Shown here: piece by piece, positions 1 through 12,946 of the stretch
Position numbering within the stretch: position 1 is the stretch's first letter
Layout of the letters: each line of letters opens with the position of its first letter
Source of the DNA: Chiloscyllium plagiosum
Taxonomy: Eukaryota
Direction: 5' to 3'
Assembly (NCBI RefSeq): GCF_004010195.1
Contig: NC_057718.1
Location: 2,614,996-2,678,995, forward strand
DNA length: 64,000 nucleotides
Notes under the pieces: generated by a model
The model's database searches: none
What the model was told of the DNA's origin: nothing
Seen by the model: the letters and a program-made list of their open reading frames with translations, nothing else
Made by a program: the position numbers and the translations under genes

Positions 1-870
1 GTATCGAAAGTACAGGGCATTAGTGTGACCACATCTGGAATACTGTGTACAATTTTGGTTCCTTATTTAAGGAGGGATACAGTTGTAGATTAGATTACTT
101 ACAGTGTGGAAACAGGCCCTTCGGCCCAACAAGTCCACACTGACCCACCCACCCAAACCCACCTAACACTACGGGCAATTTAGCATGGCCAATTCACCTA
201 ACCTGCACATTTTTGGTCTGTGGGAGGAAACCGGAGCAGCCAGAGGAAACCCACGCAGACACGGGGAGAATGTGCAAACTCCACACAGTCAGTCGCCTGA
301 GGCGGGAATTGAACCCCAGTCTCCGGCGGTGTGAGGCAGCAGTGCTAACCACTGTGTCACTGTGCTGCCCATAAAGTTGTACAGAGACAAATCAGAGGAG
401 GTTGAGGAAATTGATCCCAGAGATGAAAGGCTTGCTGTATGAAGAAAATTTCAGCCTTTTAGGTCAATACTTTGTGGAATTGAGAAGAATGAGAGGAGAT
501 CTAATGGAAGTGTATAAGATGATCAAGGGGATTGGCAAAGAAGATGTAAGATAGATAGTTCCCCTTGTGGGGCAATCTAGAGTGAGAGGTCATAGTTTTA
601 GGGATAAGGGGCAGCAGATTTAAAACAAAGAAATCACTTCTCTCGAAGTGTCGTGAATCTGTGGGATCACTCCCCCAGAGTGCGGGGAATGCTGTGGGTG
701 CTGAGGAAATTTAAGGAGGAGATGGACAAATTTTTAATTGCTAATGGGTTGAAAGGTTATGGCCAGTGGGCAGAAAAGTGGATTTAAGGCCAAGATGAGA
801 TCTACCATGATGGTTTTAACTGGTGGAGCAGGCTCGAGGGGCTGAATGGCCTCTTCATGCTCCTGGATCT
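1..870 (+). mobile_element. Degraded CR1/L3 LINE 3' fragment, interrupted by a SINE
   Basis: Degenerate ORF2 C-terminal motifs ([10 protein letters not shown]-like, RGDLMEVYKM, RGHSFR) followed by a typical CR1 3' UTR. Confidence 0.8.
88..370 (-). mobile_element. tRNA-derived HE1/V-SINE-type SINE
   Basis: Reverse strand has a tRNA head (B box ggttcaattcc) and V-SINE core (gtggagtttgcacattctccccgtg); TSD atacagttgta (77-87) / ataaagttgta (371-381). Confidence 0.85.
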
Positions 871-1239
871 TATGTTGTTTGGTCTGCACCGTAACAATTC
901 TGTGATTCTGCGAGTCTGGGAGGTAAGATGTAAGTGCTGCAGGCAAGAAACCTCATTTCTGAGGAATCCATCCTACATCAGAAAATCTTCATTTTAACAC
1001 ATATCTGTTAAACTTGCTGAAATGCTCCCATGTGCCTGCATGGTTGAAGCTTCAAAAGCGTCCAGGAAGCTTGACACCATCTAGGAGAAACCAGACCACA
1101 TGACTGGCTTCAGACAGAGCTTCCACTGGGTAGGTTTATGGGGATGGAGTGGTTACAGATGGGGCATTTTATACTGTGCGCTAATCAGACAGTGGACAGG
1201 ATGTGATACGATGGAGGTATAGAATCATATATTTTTCAT

Positions 1240-2400
1240 CTTATTGAAATTATGTGGCAAGATATAAGATGCAAGACAGACTGGGTTTGTTTTCCTTAGA
1301 GAAGAGGTGATTGAGAGGGGATAGGGAGATGTATAAAATTATGAGGGTCAGAGAAAATCTAGACAGGAATCTACATTTTCCTCTGATAGATGGATGAATG
1401 ACCAGGGGCATTGATTTATGGGAGGGGTCAGGAAGTTTAAAGGAGATTTGAGGAAACTTTGTTTTCCCCAGAGGGTGGTGGGTCTCTGGAACTCACTGCC
1501 TGTCAGGGTGGGAGAGGCAAAAACCCTCAGCACATTGAAGAAGTAATGAGATGTACATTTGTGATTCCAAGACACATAAGCGGCTAAGAAATGGCAAATG
1601 GAGTTTAGTATCGATATGTGTGAGGTCTTGAATTTTGGAAAGTCAAATCAAGGTAGGAGTTTCATGGTGAATGGTAGGGCCTTAAAGAATGTGGTGGAAC
1701 TGAGACACCTTGGAGTTCAGGTCCACGGTTCTCTGAAAGTGGATTCACAGGTAGACAGGGCAGTGAAGAAGGCTTTTGACGCACCGGCCTTCACCAATCA
1801 GAGCATTGAGTTTAGAAGTTGGGAAGTTATGCTGCAGTTATACAGGACATTGGTGAGGTCGCACTTGGTATATTCAGTTTTGGTCATTCAGTTATAATAG
1901 GAAGGATGTCATTAGACCGGAAAGAATGCAGAAGAAATTTACAAGGTTGTTGCCAGAACTCAAGGGAGAGGTTGGACAAGATAGGACTTTTTTCTTTAGA
2001 GTGTAGAAGCCTGAGGGGGGACATTATAGAGGTGTATAAGATCATGAGAGGCATGGATAGGGTAAATGCACTCAGTCTTTTTTCCCAGCCTTGGGCAATC
2101 AGGACTAGAGGGCATCGGTTTAAGGTTAGAGGGGAAAGAATAAAAAGGAACCTGAGGGGGGACTTTTTTACACAGAGGGTAGGGTGCATATGGAATGAGC
2201 TGCCAGCGGAAGTGGTTAGGTGGGTACGTTAATAACACTTAAAAGGCATTTGGACAAATACATGGATAGGAAAGGATTAGAAGGATATGGGCCAAGTGCA
2301 GGGAAATGGGGTCAGCATGGATGGACATTTCTGTCAGCATGGAGCAGTTTGGGCCAAAGGGCTTGTCTCTGTGCTTTAGGACTTTATGACTCTAAGGCTA
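1240..2400 (+). mobile_element. Two stacked CR1/L3 LINE 3' fragments
   Basis: ORFs 1598-1897, 1819-2232 and 2220-2426 are frameshifted CR1 ORF2 C-terminus (QMEFS..CEVLNFG, RGDIIEVYKIM, FFTQRV..WNELP). Confidence 0.85.
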
Positions 2401-2609
2401 TGGGTCAATGTTGGAAAGTAGGATGATAATTGTTAGCAGGTTATTTTTGATTGATGCAGATGAAATGGGCTGAATATCCTTTTTATGTACTATTGATCAT
2501 TATGTCACTATGACTCAAAAATGTAAACTAATGTTGATTTGCTCTTTTTAGAGTACTTGTTCTTCTGTACACATGAACCCATGATCACGGTTGAGGTAAT
2601 TTTCACAAG

Positions 2610-3525
2610 TGCAGTGGTGGTTGATAGAAAATATTCAGCCTGGAGTCCAGTTACTAGTGGTGTGCCACAAGGATCTGTTTTGGGACCACTTCTGTTTGTT
2701 ATTTTTATAAATGACTTAGGCGCAGGCATAGGTGGATGGATTAATAAATTTGCAGATGACACTAAAGTCGGTGGAGTAGCAGACAGTTTAGAAGAATGTT
2801 ACAGGTTGCAGGGGGACTTGGATAAACTGCAGAATTGTGCTGAGAGGTGGCAAATGGAGTTCAATGCAGCTAGATGTGAGGTGATGCACTTTGGTAAGAA
2901 TAACAGGAAGGCAGAATACTGGCTCAGTGGAAAGAGGGATCTTGGAGTCCATGTGCATAGTTCCCTGAAAGTTGCCACCCAGGTGGATAATGCTGTTAAG
3001 AAGGCATATGGTGTGTTAGGTTTCATTCATAGAGGGATTGAGTTCTGGAGCCGCAATATCATGCTGCAACTATACAAAACGCTGGTGCGGCCACACTTGG
3101 AATATTGTTTACAGTTCTGGTCGCCCCATTACAGAAAGGATGTGGAAGCATTGGAAAATGTGCAGAGGAAATTTACCAGGATGTTGCCTGGTCTGGAGGG
3201 AAGGTCTTATGAGAAAAGGCTGAGAGACTTAGGTCTGTTCTCATTGGAAAGAAGAAAGTTAAGGGGGAATTTGATAAAGACATACAAGATGATCAGAGGA
3301 TTAGATAGGGTAGACAGAGAAAGACGTTTTCCTAGGATGATGACGTCAGCTGTACGAGAGGGCATAACTACAAATTGCGGGGTGATAGATTTAAGACTGA
3401 TGCCAGAGGCAAGTTCTTTACGCAGAGAGTGGTAAGGGCGTGGAATGCCCTACCTGCTAATGTAGTCAACTCAGCCACATTAGGGAGATTTAAACAATCC
3501 TTAGATAAGCACATGGATGATGATG
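2610..3525 (+). mobile_element. CR1/L3 LINE, 5'-truncated, RT domain remnant
   Basis: ORF 2539-3435: SGVPQGSVLGPLLF, KFADDTK, LVRPHLEYCLQFWSP. Confidence 0.95.
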
Positions 3526-6261
3526 GGTTTCTCCTGGATGGTGTCAAGCTCCTTGAGTATAATTGAGATGTTTAAAGAAAATTTGTGTTATAGACCATAT
3601 GGACTGCACTGCAATGGGGGATAGCTCCTCACAACCTCTGCAACTGGACAGTGTCACTGTATATTGTCCTGTGCCTTTAACTGTATATTGCCTGGCCCCT
3701 TTGTTTGTACTTCCTTTGAAAACAATTATACAATTGTATTTTGTTTAAGTTATCAACATTCAGATGGATATTAATCTATCTCTTTACCACATTAAGAATA
3801 TTTTTGATTCACTATATCTTCTACTGTCTTCAAACGCTGAGTGTAATTTATTTAACTACAATGAGGCAGGTTTGATCAGACCAACCCAGGTCAAAGGGAA
3901 GGTCACTCAGTGACCCTGAACCAGCCCCTCCTCCAAGTAAACATGGAGCTGAAGGTGTTTTTAGTCAGGCTTTGAGGAAACAATGTCAGTGACCCCTTGA
4001 ATTAGCATCTTCGCCACAGAGTGCATTTGGAATTTTCTGTGCTTACATTATCCCTTTAAACCATTTGTTATGAGGGTGGAGAGGTACTGTAACATTAAGA
4101 GAGTTGAAAAGCTAGCAAGGCCTGACTGACACAACATACAGTGTTCTGAACAAGGTAAGAATGTAACACAAATCAAGTCTCTGGGTTGCCATGAGACAAA
4201 AACAAATTCAAATTCTGCCAATCAGTTTAAATTATGCCAATCAGTTTAAATCAAGTTTGAATTTAGTATTTTGATAACATTAAAACCAAGGAAATGATCT
4301 GATGTTTTGGGGCATAAAACTGGATATTTTTGAACATTTAATATATAACCTGTGAAGCAGAATCCCTAAGAAGAAGAAAAGAAGACCAAAAGAGAAGAAA
4401 TGAAAGCTGCCTGATTTTGAGATAAGAAGTTTTGCTTTGTAAATCTTAAGATTTATAAAACTTAATCGGGATTTTTATTGGACCAGTATTGCAGAGGGGA
4501 AGGCAAAAGGGAGGCTCAAAGAAGGAGTTGTAAATAGTTGTTCATTAATTATTTTCTGTTATACTTTAAGAAATAAAGTTGTTAATTTTTAATTTAAATA
4601 GTTCTGGGCCTCTCGAATTTTTACAGATTACTGAATGGGATAATTCTTTTTTGTGTTGCTGGTTTGAATTAAGCAGGTGGGTTTACCCCATGTTGTAGCA
4701 CGGGTATGTCATGTGACTATGATGAAAGCATTATACTAGAGAGAACCAACTGGAGAAACACGTGTTAGTTACTGCTCCTCAGAGTGAGGAATCAAATCCA
4801 AATGGTATGGATTTTGATGTGCTTCATAATAGATTAAAAAAAAAAGGTCCTTGAGGAATGGGATAGGTTAGTAAACTCTCTGTCTCAGGAGCATAGAACA
4901 TAATTGAAAGATTTGTTACTGCAGTATAAGGATATATGTAAGAATCAGATAGGGAGGACTAATACTATTGTACATGCAGTAGATGTAGGGAATACTGCTC
5001 CAATAAAACAACACCCATATCGGCTTAATCCTCTCAAAGCCAGACAGGTCCAGAAGGAGGTGGAGGCCATGCTCGATGAGGATATCATTAAACCAAGCCA
5101 GAGCAAGTGGAGTTCACTGATCATCTTAGTTCCCAAACCTGACAGGACCCATCAATTTTGTCTGGATTATTGGGAGGTCAATGCTGTTACAAAATTTGAA
5201 ATATCCAATTCCAAGATTGGAGGACTGTATCAAAAAAGTCAGACAAGCCAGTTACATCACCGAGTTGGACTTACTGTGTGGTTACTGGCAGGTACATTTA
5301 TTAAAGATGGCGAAAGAACTTTCTGCGTTTGTAACCCCAAATGGGCGATATCTGTTTAAAGTGATACCGTTTGGAATGAAGAATGCACCCGCCACATTCC
5401 AAAGCCTCATGAACAGAGTTGGGTTAACAAATTGTGCAGTCTATTTGGACGATGTAGTGATCCATAGTAAGTCCTGGAAAGATCACATGACACTGCTGGC
5501 AGAGTTTTTTGAATGACTACAAGAAGCAAAACTGGTGATAAACTTAAATAAAACTGAATTTGTGAAAGCAGAGGTCACATTCTTGGGACATAGCATCAGT
5601 CATGGAAGGTTGACCCCACGGAATGCAAAGACGAACACCATCGAGAAATTTCCACAACCAGCCTTGAAGAAAGAGATGCTTTGGTTCTTAGGACTCAGTG
5701 GAATCTATCGGAAGTTTGTTCCAAACTTCAGCAGTGTAGTGGCACCATTAACTAATTTGCTGAAGGACTACACAAGGTTTCGGTGGACAGAGCAATGCCA
5801 GGAGGCATTCGACCATTTGAAAGTGATATTAATCACCGTACCGGTTTTAGCGACACCAAACGTTTCAAAATGTTTTAAAGTTGCCATTGATGCTAGTGAC
5901 ATAGGAGTTGGAGCTGTACTGCTACAGGAAGATGGTGATGGGATTGAACTGGCAGTTGGTTACTTTTCAAAGAAACTTGACATTCACCAGAGGAAGTACT
6001 CCATGATCGGAAAAGATCAATTGAGTTTGGTACTGACCTTACAACATTTTAATGTGTATGTCACAAACAATGCATTGGAGACGGTTGTGTACACGGATCA
6101 CAATCCTTGTAAATTCATGGAATGCTTTAAAGACAAGAATATGCGATTATTTCATTGGAGTCTTATGTTACGGACTTTTAGTTTACATATTGTACATGTT
6201 GCGGGTCATAAGAATGTAATAACAGGTGTGTTATCATGGATTTAAATGATAAAGATAATAG

Positions 6262-6757
6262 ACAATAGGCAATAGTGCAGGAGTAGACCATTCTGCTTTT
6301 CAAGCCAGCACCACCATTATGATCATCCTCAATCAGTATCCGTTCCTGCCTTATCCCCATAACCCTTGATTCCACTATCTTTAAGAGCTCTTCTTTCTTG
6401 AAAGGATCCAGAGATTTGGCCTCCACAGTCTTCTGGGGCAGAGCATTCCATACACCCACCACTCTCTGGGTGAAGAGGTTTCTCCTCAACTCTGTTCTAA
6501 GTGGTCTACCCCTTATTTTTAACTGTGTCCTCTGGTTCGGGACTCACCCATCAGCCGAAACATGCTTCCTGCATCCAGAGTGTCCAATCCTTTAATAATC
6601 TTATACATCTCAATCAGATCCCCTCTCAGCCTTCTAAATTCAAGCATATACAAGCCCAGTCGCTCCAATCTCTCAGCATAGGAAAGTCCCACCATTCCAG
6701 GAATTGACCTTGTGAACCTACGATGCACTCCCTCAGTAGCCAGAATGGCTTTCCTCA
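6262..6757 (-). mobile_element. CR1 LINE 3' fragment nested in Gypsy
   Basis: Minus ORFs 6519-6758 and 6178-6489 (RRLRGDLIEMYKII, FTQRVVGVWNALP). Confidence 0.9.
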
Positions 6758-7431
6758 AATAAAATTAATAACTATTAAATGTTATATTTATGTGGGAAGA
6801 AGTTAATATGAACTTAGATTAATATCAAAAGAATGTCATGATAATGTGGTTAAGGAATAGAAAAAAACATGAAGCCATCCTTTCATTATGGTGGTTCATT
6901 TTTTTCTTAAGGGTTAGAGGTGTTATGAGGTGTAGAGGTACTGTACCTTGAAGAGAGTTGAAAAGCTGGCAAGGCCTGCCTGACATACACAAAGTGTTCT
7001 GAAAAAGGTAACAATGTAACATTTTGTCGACACAACTAGCAGCAGATGAGTTGCCATGAGACTAAAACAAATTCAAATTCGGCCTTTAGTTTAAATTATA
7101 CCCCAATACACCAAAATCTAATCAAGTTTGAATTTATTATTTTGGTAATATTGAAACCAATGAAAAGATCCGATGTTTTGGGGTATAAAACCAGACATTT
7201 TTGAACAGTTGAGAGAGAACTGCCAAATAACAGGCAGATACAGGCTGCTAGTTTAAGAGCTCTCTGAGAGGTACCTGTCTGTCGAATAAGTCTGCACAGC
7301 AGAACATCACAACTGACCTGGAGAGAATCTATAAAGGAGATTTGTCAAAGCTGACTGGCTTTGAAACTTGATTACTTTTTTGTAAATCGTAATTGGGATT
7401 TTTAATCGGCCTGGTATTGGAGAGTGGAATG

Positions 7432-7802
7432 GGCGCTCTCTACTTGCGGAATGTTTCAGAGAACACCTCTGGGACACCCGGACCAACCAACCCAACCACC
7501 CCGTGGCTCAACACTTCAACTCCCCCTCCCACTCCACCAAGGACATGCAGGTCCTTGGACTCCTCCAACGCCAGACTATAGCAACACGACGGTTGGAGGA
7601 AGAACGCCTCATCTTCCGCCTAGGAACCCTCCAACCACAAGGGATGAACTCAGATTTCACCAGTTTCCTCATTTCTCCTGAAGAAGGGCTCATGCCCGAA
7701 ACGTCAATTCTCCTGCTCCTTGGATGCTGCCTGACCTGCTGCGCTTTTCCAGCAACACATTTTCAGCACTGATCTCCAGCATCTGAGGTTCTCACTTTCT
7801 CC
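7432..7802 (+). mobile_element. Penelope-like element 3' fragment (GIY-YIG C-terminus plus pLTR hammerhead) nested in an LTR
   Basis: HFNSPSHS..RRLEEERLIFRLGTLQPQGMN; hammerhead core 7678-7705; TSD ttggagagtggaatg (7417-7431) / ttggagagtgggatg (7803-7817). Confidence 0.85.
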
Positions 7803-9465
7803 TTGGAGAGTGGGATGTAAAAGATAGATTAAAGAGACAAGAGTTGTTTGTTTTAATATTCTCTATTGGACTTAAAGAATAAAGTTGTTATTTTTTTACT
7901 TTAAATAGTGACTTTTGGGATAATTCTTTGCCCCTTGAGTTTTAGCAGATTGTAGCACGGGGTGAATCTTTTCTGTGTTGCTAGTTTTAATTAGCAGAGG
8001 GGTTTACTCCATGTCATAGCACAGCCAATTATTTCAAATGTGCCTCTTTTCCAAGGGGTATGTTGTACAACACCGTGACATTGTGTTGTATTTCAAGTTG
8101 GGTGTGACACAGTAAATAGATTGGATGCTCTGCCCATCGCTCTCTGTCCTAGACCGTTATGGAGGATGGGTTATAGAGGACCTGCTTTGGGAGTCCCCTG
8201 TGCCCATTGACACATGCCCCACTGATGACCCTTTCCCTCTTGTCCCTCCTCCCCTAGACTCTTCCCTCCATAAACCCCCTACCTTGCCCTCCACACCCCC
8301 CACCCCTTGGCCAGTTGGGGCACCAATCCCAGTTTGACTAAAATGCTCAGGTTCAGGGTCAAGCCCCTGCCCCATGGTCTCCCTCCCTGGGGCTGAGAAG
8401 TCAAATGATGAAACGAAGAGAAGTGAGAATGAGGCAGGAACCTGTCGCAGACAGAAAGAAAGAACATGTTTGACCATCAAATAATACAGCAGCAGAAGGG
8501 GGCCATTTAGCCCATAGTGATGATACTGGTTCCTCGATTGAGATCTTCAATCAGCCCCACTGGTCAATTTCAGAAACACGCCCTGCCCCCTCTGTTGGTG
8601 AAAGAGGGAACTGCAGTAAACCTTTCCTCAGTATTCCATTTATTTACAGAGTGAGACAATAAAAGCACAGACCTGTGAACCCAATCCAATCAGTTACAAT
8701 ACTCTCTGAGGTTTTGAACTTGAAATTGAGGCCCTGTACCTATGAACCCTCTCCAAAGCCTCCACATCGTTCTGGTAGTGTGGTGACCAGAACTGTACAC
8801 AATATTCCAAATGTGACCGAACAAAGTTCTATCCAGCTGCAACATGGGCTGCAGCTCCATCCAACAGGCAGCTCTCCCCCTTTCCCATCTCCCATTATCC
8901 TGCAGAGGGAAACACCAACACAAACCTGGTTTGATGATTTAAAACCCACCATGACACTCACACAGACATTTCAGAATGTGTTTATTTTAAGGTGCACTGG
9001 GTGTTGTGGATTTGAGTGAAACCAAAAAAGGCACTCAGTTTCATTCTCTGCACAATGTTGCTCAAAGTGACCCCAACTGCAATGTTGATAGTTCCTGTTT
9101 TCTCTCTCCTGAGCGATCTTTCATCATCCTGAATTCTCTTTAATTCCCTTGTTTTAACCACTGTCATATCCTTGGGGGTGCATGCTTGGGGAGGACAGAA
9201 GCAGACTCATTGGTGATGGGACTCAGGTTGAACTGTTTGCCAGATCTGACTGTGTGGGGTCACAGCCTGACTCAGAGTTAGTCAATGAATGTTGTTGCAT
9301 GGACCAACCCAAGGAGGAGTCATGAGGGATTTGGGACAGATTCCAGGAAGGTCATTTGACCAGCACCAATCCCTGGGAGGATTGACCTGAGAGATCGTGA
9401 TGTTAAAACAGGACCATCAGCAACTCAGAACTGACTGATATTCTTGGTCAATGCCACATTTGCTC

Positions 9466-9660
9466 TGGGACCTGGAGGGAAATCACAATTCAAGCTGTTT
9501 CCCCCTGCTGTTGTTCAGCACAATGCGAGAGGGAGCAGCAGAGGGCAGTGTGTTCCAAATAATCTCAGTGAGAGACTGCACTGCCTCCCGCACCTTCCAC
9601 CCCAAAGCTGAGCTGCTGCACTGTCTGAGTGCTCAGTATTCTCAGGGTCTGGGAGTGTAA
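9466..9660 (-). repeat. Low-copy paralogous segment (inverted copy of sequence downstream of the ITIM exon)
   Basis: Aligns by eye with ~11203-11400 and, as reverse complement, with ~53520-53720. Confidence 0.8.
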
Positions 9661-10849
9661 AGGACATAAAGGATTGTCAGGCAGTTCACTGGTTAGAGGT
9701 AGCTGTAACCTCAGGAGCAGGCATGCAGCTGATGATGTACTGATCTGCATCGAGTGCTCACCATCAGCTCAGTGTCAAAGATTTGTTCCTGAAAGTGGTT
9801 ACGGGGCTAAGTGTTAGAGAGCAGTTGTGGAGAGGGAACTGCAGCCACAGTCATGGCATCAAATCCTTCCTCTTGTGGTGAGCTCTCAAATAGTCTGTGG
9901 TCACAGGCTCCCATTCACCTCATCATTGAGTTGTACACCTTGTCTGAACCAGTTGCCTGCAGTTTACCTCCCCCCCTCTCCATGTTTGCATTGTTCTGGA
10001 GTGAAGTGGCTGCTGGGATCAGGTTCAATGTGAATGTGCAGGAGCAGAGAGCTCCATGTTCCAGCCCCAGTCCCTGAGTCAGCATCAAGACCCTCTCCAG
10101 GCCTCTGCTACACAAGAGCACATCCCATCCATTTATACTCCCAGAATCCTGGAATGTTCTGGGCCATTGGTGACAGGATCAGAAGTGGGGAGGTTGGTAA
10201 AACAGGGTAGGGGCAGAGGAACCACTCACCCTTGAACTCCCCACCCCCCCAGCCAGCTCCAACATTCCTGAGGCTCACAGTGAAGCTAGTGAGCTGCTTC
10301 ACCAATGTGTGTCCTGACCCAGTCTGGTTTTCCTCTGTCTCCCGCATTGACTGAATTCCAATCAGATCCCAAGGATTGATCCCAGGTGATCTTGAGGGTT
10401 CATCAATCAGGCTCAGCGTGTGTGCCTGGGTTTTTGGGCCTATTGGGGCCAAGGTGAGGGGAATACATTGTGAGGCTCTGAAATGTGATTGTCTCCAATC
10501 CATTTCGACCAATGGGATGGTCAGCCATTAAAGCCCCAGCAAGACAGGACGTCTGAGGAAAACATTGAGGGCGATGGTGGGAGGAGGGGAATGGCCACCA
10601 TAGAGAGGGCAGGAAATAATGGGAGGGTGAGGGGCATAGAGAGACAGAAGAAGTTTGGGGAAAGGGTGGGAGAGGGAGGAGATCAAAGGGAGGGAGGGAG
10701 TAAACGAAGGGAAGGGAAATGGAGGAGGGGAATATGGAGAGTAAGGAATGAAAGATCCAAGATGGGATAAATGAGGGCTCTCTTGAATATGCAACAGTAA
10801 ATGTACAGCACACCAGTTCAATCCATCTCAAGGCAACAATTTGGAAATG

Positions 10850-11520
10850 ACTGGCAAAATAAAACCAATCCCAACTGCCAGGCAAGATTAAAACATCAAT
10901 GAAACAGGAACTGAGCCAACCACACTGAGATGCAGGCAATGTCTGAGTGGGATTAACATGAGACGATTAAACCAGAGATCCAGTCAATGTTTTGGCAATG
11001 TTCCAACTTTAATGATCAAACTGTCAATCATCATTTTTCCCAAGAATGTGATGAATATCTCCAATTTAAGGCATGCCTTGCCTCATCCTGGTCAAGCTCA
11101 GGCCTGCCTCCATTGACCCAGTGCTGGCTGCCAACTGGGGAATTCCAATAACCAGAGCCAGTGCTGAGGAAGGAAAGGCTGAGATTCCAAATCAGGATGG
11201 ACTGGGACTTGGAGGGAATTCGCAATTCGAGCTGTTCCCACAGTGTTCCTGCTGTCGTTGTGCACAATGTTAGAGGGAGCAGCAGAGGGCAGTGTGCTCC
11301 AAATAATCCCAGTGAGAGACTGAACTGCCTCCTGCACCTACCACCCCCATGCTGAGCTGCTGCACTGTCTGACTGTCCAGTAATCTCAGGGTCTGGGAGG
11401 GTCTGAGTGCCCAGTCATCTCAGGGTCGGGGGGGTCTGAGTGCCCAGTCATCTCAGGGTCTGGGAGAGTCTGAGTGCCCAGTAATTTCAGGGTCTGGGAG
11501 GGTCTGAGTGCCCAGTAATA
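10850..11520 (-). repeat. ~670-bp inverted paralogue of 53455-54080
   Basis: Shared long words such as ccagagccagtgctgaggaaggaaaggctgagattccaaatcaggatggactgggacttggagggaa; ORFs 11161-11355(+) and 53567-53761(-) are near-identical. Confidence 0.9.
11367..11520 (+). repeat. 34-bp minisatellite, ~4.5 copies
   Basis: Unit gtctgagtgcccagt(a/c)atctcagggtctgggagg at 11367, 11401, 11434, 11468 and 11502 (partial). Confidence 0.9.
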
Positions 11521-11995
11521 TCAAAATGATGTTCCTTTGTTCAAGAAGGGAAATAGGGTAATGTAGGAAACTATAGACCAGCGAGTCTCACATCGGTGAG
11601 TGGGAAACTATTGGAGAGAATTCTTAAGGATAGGATTTAAGCACATTCAGAAAAACATGACCTAATTAAGGACAGTCAGCATGGCTTTGTGCAGGAGAGG
11701 TCATGTCTTACTAACTTAATTGAATTTTTTGAGGAGGTGACAAATGTAATCGCTAAGGGCAGAGCAGTAGATGTTGCTTTCATGGATTTAGTAGGCTTTT
11801 GACAAGCTTTCTCGTGGTTGGCTCATCCAGAAGATTAGGTTGCATGGGATCCACAGTGACGGTGCTATATGAATTCAGAATTGGCTTGTAATGCAAAGGC
11901 AGAAGGTAGTGGTGCAAGGTTGCTTTTTCATGCTGGAGGTTCATGACTAATGGTGTTCCGTAGGGATCCGTGGAACCCTCTGCTGTTTTTGACAT
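11521..11995 (+). mobile_element. CR1 LINE internal RT fragment
   Basis: NYRPASLTSV, SQHGFVQERSCLTNLIEFFEEVT, degenerate GVPQGS motif. Confidence 0.85.
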
Positions 11996-11999
11996 ATAA

Positions 12000-12946
12000 T
12001 GTGCAAAGTTGGGGAGCTTACTTATAGACTGGGAGGCAGGAAGTTCGAATTTGTTGTTTGTAAAATGCTGCGGGGAAAGCGTTGCATGGTCCTTTTAAAA
12101 GATGGTATGTATTTTCTCTGCTCAGAGATTTAAAATGGATGTCTGCGAGTCGCAACTTGAAAGTTTACAAGTGCCCAGAGAGTACGCGAATTGAAACATT
12201 TGTATGAGAAGGCCATACAGTTAGCAGACCAAGCAGCCCATTTTACCAAGACAACAGGCTTTTGAAGACAGCAGGTGGCATGGTGAATCACAGTGCTAGT
12301 GACCTGGGTTCAATTCCTGCCTCAGGCAACTGTGGAGTTAGTGCATTGTCAGCGTCTGTGTGGGATTCTTACGAGTGCTTCGGTTTCCTCTCACAATCCA
12401 AAAATGTGCCGGTCAGGTGAATTGACCATGCTAAATAGCCCATCACGTTAGATGCATTAGTCAGGGGTAATTATAGGGTAGGGGAATGGGTCTGGGTGGA
12501 TTACTCTTCAGAGGGTCAGTGTGGATTTGTTGGGCTGAAGAGCCTGTAGGGAATCTAATCTAAATTAGCCAATCAATTTGAACCAGGCTCGTACCAAAAA
12601 CCTATTAAATTTAAATCTGATGGCTTTGTGACCAATCCTATTGTAAGAAATATTGATATGTCTCATGGGGACAGTTGGAAAATGACCCCAGAGCTAGCTG
12701 CCATCCACCAGAGCTAACAGCCCTCGAGAGAGAATCACTGGCTCTCACAGCCTCACCTATGTCTGAGAGAAAATGCCATTTAAATAACAATGGTACTAAT
12801 AGCACAGCTCATTAATATTCCTGACAGAAGAATAAATGGAGAATGCACAGAACATTCCAGAAGACACGTAACCTGGCTGTAATATCAAGAGACTTAAGTT
12901 CTTTTTTTTGTTATATGAGGGGACTTGTATTTATTGGAAAACCATT
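12000..12946 (+). mobile_element. Truncated Gypsy LTR with nested HE1-type SINE (~12272-12562)
   Basis: 5' part matches the LTR start at ~60118-60250 (gggaggcagg..gcatggtcc.tttaaaagatggt); nested SINE has tRNA head and V-SINE core. Confidence 0.65.

Larger units (their letters stand above)
4066..8021 (+). mobile_element. Gypsy (Gmr1-like) LTR retrotransposon relic: LTR 4066-4700, RT/RNase H pseudogene ~4701-6245, PPT, LTR 6921-8021
   Basis: Both LTRs begin TGTTATGAGG and end ...AGCA; RT motifs PFGMKNAPATFQ and VYLDD, RNase H AIDASDIGVGAVLLQ; purine tract aagggttagagg precedes 6921. Confidence 0.9.

Noticed and set aside
88-370. tRNA gene
   Set aside because: The tRNA-like part is only a SINE head; no complete cloverleaf
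10403-10939. 178-aa Pro/Ser/Leu-rich ORF
   Set aside because: Translation of purine/pyrimidine-skewed low-complexity sequence; no domain features
11367-11520. CRISPR-like array (also 25190-25280)
   Set aside because: Head-to-tail repeats with no unique spacers, in a vertebrate context
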